Shown in pieces: positions 28,776 through 40,282 of a stretch of DNA of 64,000 bases. This DNA comes from Octopus vulgaris. Taxonomy: Eukaryota. How positions within the stretch are numbered: position 1 is the first letter of the stretch; every line of letters begins with the position of its first letter. Where the stretch lies: NCBI GenBank assembly GCA_951406725.2, contig OX597830.1, positions 44,702,001 to 44,766,000 on the forward strand, written 5' to 3'. Both the position numbers and the translations under genes were made by a program. The notes below the pieces were generated by a model. That model did not search any database. It saw only the letters and a list, made by a program, of their open reading frames with translations, and had not been told where the DNA came from.

Positions 28776-30068
28776 CGTCAGGCTTCTTTCAGTTTCCGTC
28801 TACCAAATCTACTCACAAGGCATTGGTCGGCCCGAGGCTATGGAAGACACTTGCCCAAGGCGCCACACAATGGGACTGAACCCGGAACCATGTGGTTCGT
28901 AAGAAAGCTACTTACCACACAGCCACTCCTACGCCTATTTTGTTTAATTTTTATTCAGTTTTCCAGTTCAGTCTTTCTCATCTTTCATCCTTTCTTTTTA
29001 TAATTACAATATTGTCGTTTTCTCTCTCACATTTTTCTTTCTTTCTTCGTCTCCCTTTATCTTTCTCTGATCATATCTTTTTCATCCTTCCCTCTCAAAA
29101 TTCTTATAAAATCTCGCGCCATCTGCCCAACTCAACACATTAGGCGTATATAACGTAATGCAGTAAGATGTTCCCTGATGACCCGTTGTTGTTAAGAATC
29201 CATTCCACTTGAAACATCCAATGCAGTGTCGCAAAGAACTAGAATAGTGAAACGTAGTTGGAACGAATAATCTAACCGTGTGTTTATCGGAATTTGCCAT
29301 GCATATATATGCGTGTGTGTGTGTTCGTGCAGGCGTAAATGTATTCGTAAATATAGACATACAGACTTAACATCGATAATTATTATTAAGATATTGCTCA
29401 AAAATACATTTTATCGCTGTCGAGCCTGTTGAAGGTGAGAGATGAGTAACAAGAAAAGATAATTAACAGAATTATAATTGTTGGAAGCTGTAATGACAGG
29501 GTATACAATGTTTTGATTAGCAGATATTTCTAATTAAATGACAGTCTCCGCCACATCACAATTCGAAGGCAAAGCATTTGAAATCCCAAAACGAGAGATT
29601 GATAGGAAATAATTAATAAGCGAAAGATACAGTGAAGCCCTAGCAGTCTGAAAACATTTTAGGTGTTACTGATTGCATGGGACATATTTTCAGTTAAATT
29701 TAGAAACTTTTCTTTACAACCTTGATAATATGTAGCTGCCCGGTCAATATTGAAAAGAGAAAGCAAACCACTTACATTCACACATGTGCATACATAGTTA
29801 CATAGATATATACATACAAACATACACACATAAATACCTACGTACATATACATACATACGTACATATACATACATACATACATACATACATACATACATA
29901 CATGTATGCATGCATGCATATATAATTAAACTGCCATGGTTGCTAGCTGTAAAGTGAAACAACGAAGGAATGTATCATAAAAGGTTTTGAGAGGTAAATA
30001 TATGAATCAGACACACAAACACTCACATACACGCGCACACAAACACACAAACACTCACATACACAAAC

Positions 30069-30100
<32 letters not shown>

Positions 30101-30834
30101 GCACACACACTGACGCTCATACACAGAAGTATACAACGACATTCAATGTCCTTAATGTCACTCGTAAGTCATGTACCATGCAGTTTTGATATAGATCTTT
30201 GTATTCCATTTGAAATTCGTGTTCATATTCTTATATATAATCGATGAATCATGCTCTGCTCTATTTTAAACAAACCTACACGTTGTATTATTATTTTTTC
30301 TTCCTTATTCAATGAATAATCACAAATATCTTTATATAGAAATCAACTTCTGCCTGGGCAAATGATATTACAACAAAGAAACATTGACCTATATTCACGA
30401 TAAATGCAGGATAAAACAATGATAATCTTGGCAGCGTTTTCTGAAAGTTGAATGTAGTCTTCGAAGAAGGCACGAAAGTACTCCTTAATTTTGGTGAAGC
30501 ATGACCTGTAGGAGCGCAGACATTTACATTTTGGTATTGGGTATGTAAGGGAATATTAGGGTGTGGATTTAGCTATAAGCATTTAAAATCCTTTTCAATT
30601 TAATACTATGATACATTGGTTGTTAGCTGCAAAGTGAAACAAGGATGACAAATATCATAATAGGTTTTGACATGTAAATATATAAATAAAACACACACAC
30701 ACATACACATACAGGCACGCCCTCACACATGTGCACATTCTCTCACGCATAAAACCACGTTCAATCTCCTTTATCTTTCTCGGAATTCATGTACCAGGCA
30801 GATTTATTTAACTTGTTTGTATTCGATTTGAAAT

Positions 30835-31735
30835 GTTTGTTGAAATTCTCATAAATATTCGCTGATTCATACCCTGCCCTATTTTCAACATACCCAGGTG
30901 TTGCCATGTAACATCAACCCGTATGAACGAGAAATGCAGCAACAAAATCATTAGCAATAAAGTTTAGGTTTATTCTAGGTATACACGTACTTGCCGTGCT
31001 CCCTATCTACCTGCCTATATACATACACACACGCATATGCATACATACACACATACATGCATACATGCATACATAGATACATACGTATTACATGCATTCA
31101 TACATACATAACTACCTACCTACATGCATACATGCATGCATACATACATGTATAGATATATATACATGCATATATATATATATACACTCTATTTTGTGTG
31201 TGTTCGTCTTTGTGTGTCTAAGCGACCCTCGATGTGGATGTATGTGTATATTTGTATAGATCTATCTTTTTCTCCCTCAAACAATATATATATATATGTG
31301 TTACGATTTAGTCCTTTTGCAATATTGAAATAGACTTTTCGGTACCTATGCCCTGTATGATCATACCCTACTAATTTTCATATATTCAGGTATATTTCTT
31401 TTTATATTTATTTTCCAACTGTTAATGCTTTCTGTCAATCAATTCACAGACAGGCCATTTCCAAAGACACCCATCTTCATATTTGTCTTACATCCCCCAT
31501 CCCTCTCTTCCGTACTTCCTTTCTCACCATGTTTGTTTCCTTTCTCTCCTCTATTGTTTTGAGGAGTATTTATTCTCTCTTAATCATTTCTCTTAAATAT
31601 AATATAATTTCAAACTATTTTCTTTACTTTTCACAGACTGATATTTCCTAAGATACCCTTTTTTTCTATTTCTCCTACATCCCCCTCCCTCTCGCATGTG
31701 CTCCCTCTTTCTCTCCATGCTTCCTTTCTGTCTGT
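30835..31735 (+). repeat. Older diverged paralog of 13065-13960
   Basis: Colinear blocks with many substitutions: ttgaaattctcataaatattcgc, cttgccgtgctccctatctacct, gaccctcgatgtggatg, aattcacagac...ccatttccaaagacacccatc. Confidence 0.85.
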
Positions 31736-31809
31736 CATTGAGTCCACGATGTCATATCTAATCAAACATAACAGCCATAATAGCCTTAACAGCCATCAAA
31801 CATAACAGC

Positions 31810-32380
31810 CATAGGAATGGTTTCAATAACATCTCTTATCTTTTCTTTGTTAATGATCTGAAGCAGTATGAGCCAAATATTAATCACGATAAAGAGCAAC
31901 TGAATCTCACAATCCGTTTGTCAAAAGATATCGGAATGGAATTTGTTGTGTCCAAATGTAAACTTTGAGAGACAAAATTTGGTAACCTTTTTCCCCCTCT
32001 CCAACACATTAAACATTAACCACCTAGAAATACAGCCTCAGCTCTCTGGGAAAAGTTACAAATGTCTTGAACAGGATGAGAATGTCGGATCCATCAATAA
32101 GGAGAGGACAAAATATAAATACTTGAAGAGGGTAAAAAACTATGGTCATCTGAACTCTCAGCTTACAACACGTGTACTGCTCCTTTACAGTGCTTTTCCT
32201 CACACCTACACTATACGTTCTGAACTGGTCACTATCAGAACCCAGTGAGATAGATATAGATCCCATGAGCTGCTAGGTGGTACAGAAACTTCAAATTCAT
32301 TGGAGATTTTGATAGGCTATACTTCTCAAGCATGTATTGTGGCCGTGGTCTCAAAGACCAGCTTCTTTAATGGCTGAGTC
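31810..32380 (+). mobile_element. Very decayed R4/Dong-like RT fragment
   Basis: Remnants ITSL..FVNDLKQY, SKDIGMEF..SKC, SYKCLEQDE and DRLY.SS..CGRGLK. Confidence 0.55.
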
Positions 32381-33399
32381 AATAAAAAAGGAATCTACAA
32401 TAATGAGGAAAGTACAAAAGATAAATTGATCATCCCCAAATAGAGAAACGAGCTAGGATAATGTTTAGATTTGAGCTTTCAGCATTTAACACGATTATTT
32501 CCTTCGGTAGTTAAGGTAGTATCTTAATAAATAAGACACTTATCATTAGTTGCAACACTTCGAAGAGTGTCAACAATTAATCGTAAAATGCGAGTGACTG
32601 ATTTTCATTTATTCTTTCATTCATGGAGAATATGAAACAGAAACATTTATGCAGGTTCTTACATATATATGTAATGGTAATCCACGAGCAACTAACAATG
32701 ACCAGTGTCCGGGCAAAATGCCGGCATTGTCCGTGCATGTGGTCCTTGCACCCACTGTTGGCTTCACAAAAGTTCACGCCCGCTGCGCCTCTCTACTGGA
32801 CTGGGTATCAGAGAGTCACCCCGTTGGCAATTGTACAACCTACACTCTTAGGTCCAATAAGGCTTCACAACACCTCACAGGCCCGCTTCACCACTCATCT
32901 TTGATGATCCAGAGAAAAACCAACGCAAGATATCCAGTGCAACAACGGGTCGCAGGCCCGTTGTTGCACTGGATATGGAGGACCATACTCACAAGTGCAA
33001 ACAAAAGATCTTCAAAATGTTCAATGCCGTTCCCTATATATTTTTAATTCAGAGTGACTTTCTCCCAGTGGTCTTCCAATTCACCGGACACCAACGCGGG
33101 ATTTCTGAGTTCTGCTGGGTTTCTAGTATCCCTCCTGATCAGGCAAGCCTAGTTGTGAAGCCGGTTGAGTCGTCCATTACTCGACCATGTAACAACTCCA
33201 CTGGATTCCATGTTACTGGTAGCACTCATGAGAAACCTCACATGACACACACACAAACCCACGCACACACACACAGAGTAAGAAATTTCTATGAAGAGAT
33301 TTTCACCGAGTAATAAGTTGAAGGGGTGGGAAATATCAAACATATAATAAAAGAAGGAAAATGCACACAATCTATATACTTTTAATATATTTTATAATA

Positions 33400-34212
33400 G
33401 AGTATTATCATAGTCTACCGGTTTCGCGTTTTGCTAATCATGGCTGGGAAATCGGTGGAAATAATGCAATTTCATAGCATTTTAAGGAGTCTTTAGTCCA
33501 TTTTGTTTACATTAGAGATTGCTTGAAAATGAACCAGCATGTCAAAAAATCTAAGAAGAGGTAATTGGTGATTGTTATTTCTCGCGGAACACTTTTTGTG
33601 GGTTACACTTTTTGGGGAGGGTAAATTTACAGTATTTATACAACGAAGTTGGTTATGCGTTCATGAATTAAAATATTTAGAAATCCAAAATTGGTTATGC
33701 GTTCATATCCAGATACGGTTTGTATTTTTCATTTTATTTAATCATTCTTATATAGAGATTCTTTCCTTGCACTTGTAGAAGGGGAAATTCCCTGCGCATC
33801 TCTATTTGTTCGCTGAATGGTATGTATTTACATCTTGGGAAATGAATCTTTTCTTTAGGAAGTATAGTTCTCCGTCTAAGTGGCATCTTTGTTTGGCCAA
33901 TATAGTTGTGTCCGCATCTTGAACAAGTTAATACATAAATTAAAAAAAAACTTGGCAAGCACAAATGAAATTAATCTTAATTGTAAATCTCTGTCGTTTT
34001 TTGAAGTGAATTCCGAACCAAATAGGTTGAAGCATGTATGTAAGTATGTATGTATGTATGTATGTATGTATGTATGTATGTATGTATGTATGTATGTATG
34101 TATGTATGCATGCATGCATGCATGCATGCATGTATGTATGTATGTATGTATGTATGTATGTATGTATGTATGTATGTATGTATGTATGTTTGTATGTCTG
34201 TATGAATGTATG

Positions 34213-34243
<31 letters not shown>

Positions 34244-34497
34244 GTATGTATGTATGTAAGTATGTGTGTAGAGCTGAAAAAGAGGTAATTTCTACTCTTC
34301 TCCTCTGGAAGCCATCTACTCGCAATACCAGAGGGCGCACACTCTCCTACCCTGATGTAATCTCCAGGGATACAGGCATCCAGCAACAGGACCTCCGTAA
34401 TGCCATGATAGACCGTGAAGTCTGGCGTAGCATGGTAAATTCCATTGTCTCGACCACGGTCGAACAATGATGATGATGATGTGTGTATCTATGTATG

Positions 34498-34591
<94 letters not shown>

Positions 34592-34905
34592 GATAGATAG
34601 ACACGTGGTTTGCCTCTGGGGAGGAATTCGCCATCAAAAGGCAGATAATCTCTTCTTGGTTAGACAAAGTTGAAGAACTTATATATTTAATTTTTTAGCT
34701 TAAAAGGTTTTTAAAAGGTTTCTTACACAAAATAGAACAAAGCTCCTAGATATTTTTTGCCGTTGGTAGCCGTGTACATAATTTCTTTATCTGTGAATTA
34801 AGGCTACCATTGGTTTCATGTTAAGAAAAGTAGGAAAATATCCTAGTGTCTAGACAATTTTTCAAGTCTATCACATGAAGGTGTTCGACTCCATTTTGGA
34901 AAACA
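33400..34905 (-). mobile_element. Penelope-like element remnant (GIY-YIG endonuclease), interrupted by microsatellites and an RTE tail
   Basis: LIYVLTCSRCGHNYIGQTKMPLRRR (33734-33964) is a GIY-YIG with CxxC typical of PLEs. A hammerhead-like fold lies downstream at 33412-33445. The upstream extent to 34905 is less certain. Confidence 0.75.
34268..34481 (+). mobile_element. 5'-truncated RTE-like LINE 3' end with (TGA)n tail
   Basis: LLLWKPSTRNTRGRTLSYPDVISRDTG...LRNAMIDREVWR then a stop and tgatgatgatga. Flanked by (TATG)n and (GATA)n. Confidence 0.8.
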
Positions 34906-35602
34906 GTCTTCTACTTGTATGTTGAGGTAGTACCTCAACATACTAGTAGAAGGACACCATGCTCACAACAAAAACAAACCAATGTACAATAATTAGCCAT
35001 TGATTCATTGTTTTACTGTGTATGTATATCTCTGTCTATGTCTCTATGTATCTCTGAAGATGAGGATGAGTGTGTGTGTGTATATAGGTATAGCTATACT
35101 TTTGTATATGTGTGTGTGTGTGTGTGTCTATGTACATGTGCTTATGTCTGTATAGCCATATATGTTGTTGACATACAATCTTTGCATTAGTTGAGCGTCA
35201 TAAAATAAATAATATATTTCTGTTGTTTGACAAAACATGTGCAAGTTATATTGAACGTTCTTGATTGGCTGGTAAATTATGCATCAATTATTATTATATA
35301 AATGATGAGGTTAATGTTCAAATTAATATTTAAATATATTTTGTATATTCAGAATTTTCTAATTTGTATATTGGTTCTATATTTAGAAATATGCCTTTGT
35401 TCTGATCTAATTTGATATAGGCTAATGATCTGACAATGATGTATATATAATCATATCAAAGGGAAATGGAATTTAATTAAAATTATAAACATTTAATCAA
35501 AATTTACATTTCCAGTGGTCTAACGTGTAAAAAAATTAGTCAAAAAGACTATATATTAGTCATACGATATATTGTATATTTAAACACATAAGGAATCATG
35601 AC

Positions 35603-35675
<73 letters not shown>

Positions 35676-35964
35676 GAGAGAGAAAGAGAGAGAGAGAGAA
35701 GGTCAAGTCAATCTCTGTCTCTCTTGCTTACTCTTGTGGTTTCGACGTCGAACCCACAAGTGTAAACAAGGGAGACAGAAACAGGCAGAAACAAGGAAAA
35801 TGCCTCTTGTATTTGAATACTATGCAAATATTCTTTTAAAATACTTTTCATTTAATTTTTTCCAAATTTCCATACTTGCAGCTGAAAATGTCTCAATGAA
35901 CGAAACCGGTACTGAAATGTTTTTTATAAAATTATTTTAGCATTTTCTATCTTGACTTTTTTCC

Positions 35965-36094
<130 letters not shown>

Positions 36095-36827
36095 ACGTAT
36101 ATATATATATTTATATATGTATATGCATATATGTGTATATATGTGTATGTATGGGTGTATATGTGTCTGAATGGGTGTGTATGTATATGTATGCATGAAT
36201 TTATGTATATGTATATGTGTCTGTGTGTATTCATGTTTATGTTTATGAGTGGGGGTTTAGTTGTCGATATATGTAAATCATATTTATATAGACAACTATA
36301 TAAAGTAGAATTTAGAAATGTTAACTTATACTATAATTAAAGTAAGGTAGTAAAGAAGATTCGGTTTACGGAGCATAATGTCATGCACAGTTTTGTTTGT
36401 ATACTATTGCTAAGCGTAATAATTTAGATTAGTCATTTTGTTTGAAGTGTATTTTATCTATCTACTGCACACACTCAAATTCCTAAAAGCGAAAATGCTC
36501 CTAACGGTTTAATAGAGATTTGCGTTATTTTTATTTACCAAAATGTTGTAACAAGGAACTTTCTCTTAAGTTCCCTGATGAAGCTGTTTTCCTAAATGCA
36601 TTGTATTGATTAATTATTTAATTATTTAATCATTTAATTATATACTCATAAACGGATATGCTCTTGGTAAATTAGCTGAAAGATGTGTCGGATATTTTAT
36701 TTACTTATTAATCTTTTGTGAACTTTATAGATATTAGGAGAAATAAATAATTAATTGCTATACCACTTTTCCATTGTGAACTTTATTTTATGCACACAGA
36801 CACAGACATATACACATACACACTCAG

Positions 36828-36861
<34 letters not shown>

Positions 36862-36879
36862 CACACACACACACACACA

Positions 36880-37100
36880 TCTCTCTTTACTCTTTTACTT
36901 GTTTCAGTCATTTGACTGCGGCCATGCTGGAGCACCGCCTTTAATCGAGCAACTCGACCCCGGGACTTATACTTTTTGTAAGCCCAGTACTTATTCTATC
37001 GGTCTGTTTTGCCGAACCGCTAAGTAACGGGGACATAAACACACCAGCATCGGTTGTCAAGCAATGCTAGGGGGACAAACACAGACACACAAACAAACAT

Positions 37101-37160
<60 letters not shown>

Positions 37161-37320
37161 GACAGGCTTCTTTCAGTTTCCGTCTACCAAATCCACTCAC
37201 AAGGCATTGGTCGGCCCGCGACTATAGCAGAAGACACTTGTCCAAGATGCCACGCAGTGGGACTGAACCCGGAACCATGTGGTTGGTTAGCAAGATACTT
37301 ACCACACAGCCACTCCTGCG

Positions 37321-37322
<2 letters not shown>
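36880..37322 (-). mobile_element. tRNA-headed SINE, family A, full length
   Basis: Same head, body and tail as 14080-14519. Confidence 0.9.
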
Positions 37323-37377
<55 letters not shown>

Positions 37378-37451
37378 CACACACATATTGAGGGTTTACC
37401 CGAAAGAAACCGGAATTTTACAATATTATTGTATTCATATAGTTTTACATG

Positions 37452-37626
37452 TTTACACTTTTATTGCCTTCAAAGTATTTTCTACATTATTTACATTTGG
37501 CGGATATTTGTCCTCATCGTGTTTCTTGTTAACACAACGTTTCGGCTGATATACTCTCCAGCCTTCATCAGGAGTCTTGGGAAAATTTCGAACCTGGGTT
37601 CTCATTCCTAAGGTATTTTTCAATGC

Positions 37627-37674
<48 letters not shown>

Positions 37675-37791
37675 TATCATTATTATTATTATTTTGTCCA
37701 GGTCACTGCTTGGAATCGAACTCGGAAACTTGGGGTTAGTAGCTCTTAACCAGTACGCCATATGCCCGTGGGCATATGGCATAATGGTTAA
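37452..37791 (-). mobile_element. Short non-autonomous element with tRNA-like head, (AAT)n and hammerhead ribozyme, nested in the mariner
   Basis: Minus strand: gggcatatggcgtactggttaagagc...gagttcgattcc (A/B-box-like), then (aat)n, then CUGAUGA...GAAA core. Confidence 0.7.
37531..37576 (-). ncRNA. Minimal type-I hammerhead ribozyme (PLE type)
   Basis: GACUC CUGAUGA A GGCUG gagaguauau CAGCC GAAA CG UU GUGUU. Intact core, 5-bp stem II, palindromic AACGUU in place of stem III, stem I with one mismatch. Confidence 0.75.
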
Positions 37792-38659
37792 ATATAGAAC
37801 TGGAAAGTATTTTCTATTTGAAGCAATGCATCGGTCCAGACGCGTTTTCTACTATTCGGTGCAGTGCTGAAACTCTTGCCAAGTGATTCCTTTTAATGCC
37901 TCCGTTGTTTTATTATTCACTTCTTCCACATCTGCAAATTCCGTAGCACCAAGTTTCGTCACCAATGATGACCTTTGAAAAATGGTCCGCATCAACTGCC
38001 CACTTTTCGTTCAATTCGCGACATGAATTCAGTCGTGTCTGCTTTTTCTTTTCCTAGATCAAGCGCAGCACAAATTTTGCTGCAACTCTTTTCATCCGCA
38101 GTTTCTCGCTTAGAATTCGTTGGCAGGAGCTCCAGGACACCCCAATCATATCAACATGTTCATTTGTTCAGTAATCGTCCCCCAAGGCTAGCTCATGAAT
38201 TTGTACGATGTTTTCATTTGCTCGGGAAGTCGACGGTCGTCCTGAATGAGGTTGGTGTTCAGGTGGCAAGTAACCATTCATAACGCCTGGAAACCACTCG
38301 TAAACATGTGTTTTGCACATCGCAGCGTCCTTATAAGCTGTTTAAATCATGACAAATGTTTTGGCCGCCATTTTTCCCGGCAGAAAACAGAATTTCACGA
38401 AAGCACGCTTCGCTTCAGCCATCGCAAAAATCAACAAACAAGGGTGAAGCACTCCTAAACAAAACCACACTATGTGGAAGTAGGAGTACACTGGACGATG
38501 CCAGTCCATAGACTGATGCCTGAGGGTCACACAGAGAACGTTTCCACTTACCTTTGTGTAGGCCCTTGTACATGTATATTTACACAAACACACAAACACA
38601 CACACACACGCACACACACACACACACACACGCACGCACACACACACACACACACACAC

Positions 38660-38830
38660 ATGATTATCCAATGGGCAATTATATTTAACCCTGGAGGAGC
38701 ACCTATTTGTAGCCGTTGTTGGTGACCGGGTGTTGTGTAGCGTTTGTCCTGTCATTTCATTTATACTTGCTTGTGGATTCATCATTGGATAATCTTTGCA
38801 TGTCTCACATCGTCTATAAATACACTGTGC
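38660..38830 (-). mobile_element. Possible Penelope linker-region remnant
   Basis: NRCSSRVKYNCPLDN resembles the CNCR....CPL motif between PLE RT and GIY-YIG. Confidence 0.4.
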
Positions 38831-39442
38831 ACAGTTAGTGCCACGGCTGTGAGTGTGTATGTGTGTGGTAGCGGTGGGGGGGGTCTGTGATCATTGCGGG
38901 TGTGTACTTGTGTGAGTGTGTCTGTGGGTGTATCAGTGTGCGTGCGTGCGTGCGTGTGCTCCATGGTAGCAGTGCCGATCTGATGTTTGTATGTGTGTGT
39001 GGGTGGCTGAATCTTTATGTCCTGAGGTATGTATCTTTGTGTGTAGGTGTGTTTGTGTTTGTATAGGTGTGTGCTGGCCTGTGACCACGAGTATAATTGT
39101 TAACGTGTGCGTCTGTATGTCTTTGCATTGATTTAAACGTATGAATGTGCGCGGCTGTTTGTCCGTGTGTCTGACTAACTGTTAAAATATCTCAACGTAA
39201 CGAAACTCAAATGTAAAGCTCCCAACTTAAAACCTTATTATCCCAATTGAGGAGTCTTCTTTGCACTGAGCGTTGCATCTGGTGTGGTGTCAATGCATCG
39301 TTCCACGCCCACAAGGGAGCAGTGCATCTGGAAGATTAAACAATTGTTGTGATTTTCGTATACATACATACATATATATAAAATATACACATATATACAT
39401 ATATGTATGTGTATATATATCAATATCTATATCTAAATCTAA

Positions 39443-39490
<48 letters not shown>

Positions 39491-39868
39491 TATAATATGT
39501 GTGTATATATGTGTGTATGTATGTATTATATATATGTGCGTATGTATGTATGTATGTATTTATGCATGTATGTATGCATGTTGTTTGTATGTATGTATAT
39601 GCATTATTTCCACAGCAACCGAATAAGTAATTATGAAGCTTGAATGTTTTATTTCTTTAACTTTAATGATATATGTGATAGAAAATACTGAGCCCAGCCA
39701 ACACATTTCCAAGAGCTGTAAGTTTTCACGGTAAAAGAGTCACATGTTAATGAGGTGTATTCAGCTCGAGGGCCACAGTTCAGCTATCCTGCTCTATTGA
39801 GCTATTATTGAAGCACCACTGAATTTTGAAAATGGAAGACAGAAAGCACTCGAAGTTAAAATTTCCAG

Positions 39869-40282
39869 AGGCGCAGGAGTGGCTCTGTGGTAAGTAGCAT
39901 TTTTACCAACCACATGGTTCTGGGTTCAGTCCCACTGCGTGGCACCTTGGGCAAGTGTCTTCTACTATAGCCTTGGGCCGACCAAAGCCTTGTGAGTGGA
40001 TTTGGGAGATGGAAACTGAAAGAAGCCCGTCGTATATATGTATATATATATGCGTGTGTGTGTTTGTGTGTCTGTGTTTGTCCCCCTAGATTTGCTTGAC
40101 AACCGATGCTGGTGTGTTTATGTCCCAGTTACTTAGCGGTTCGGCAAAACAGACCGATAGAATAAGTACTGGGCTTACAAAAGAATAAGTCCCGGGGTCG
40201 AGTTGCTCGATTAAAGGCGGTGCTCCAGCATGGCCGCAGTCAAATGACTGAAACAAGTAAAAGAGTAAAAAGAGTAAAAGAG
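39869..40282 (+). mobile_element. tRNA-headed SINE, family A
   Basis: ggcgcaggagtggct...gggttcagtcccactgcg...aaacaagtaaaagagtaaaagag. Confidence 0.9.

Larger units (their letters stand above)
7853..29476. repeat. Head-to-tail triplication of a 7208-bp unit (7853-15060, 15061-22268, 22269-29476)
   Basis: The ORF set repeats three times at ~7.21-kb offsets. The junction tata|atttgtaaatt appears at 15061 and 22269. Copies differ by rare SNPs and by microsatellite or homopolymer lengths. Confidence 0.97.
37389..38568 (-). mobile_element. Internally deleted Tc1/mariner transposon remnant
   Basis: N-terminus AKRAFVKFCFLPGK, catalytic IIGDETWCYG (~37945-37970) fused directly to C-terminal FADVEEV...RLDRCIASNRKYF. 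Degenerate TIRs at ~37389-37416 and 38542-38568 (17/25 matches by eye), with TA at 38569. Confidence 0.8.

Noticed and set aside
33876-34470. Long ORFs made of YIHT/MYVC repeats, and similar poly-L, -I, -S and -K ORFs across the window
   Set aside because: They are translations of microsatellites, not genes.
34924-34933. TGAGGTAGTA, identical to the first 10 nt of let-7, inside a hairpin
   Set aside because: It spans the hairpin apex and the rest of mature let-7 is absent, so this is a coincidence.
36755-37549. Recurrent short ORFs (MLGGQTQT..., RQASFSFRLPN...)
   Set aside because: They are antisense translations of SINE family A copies.
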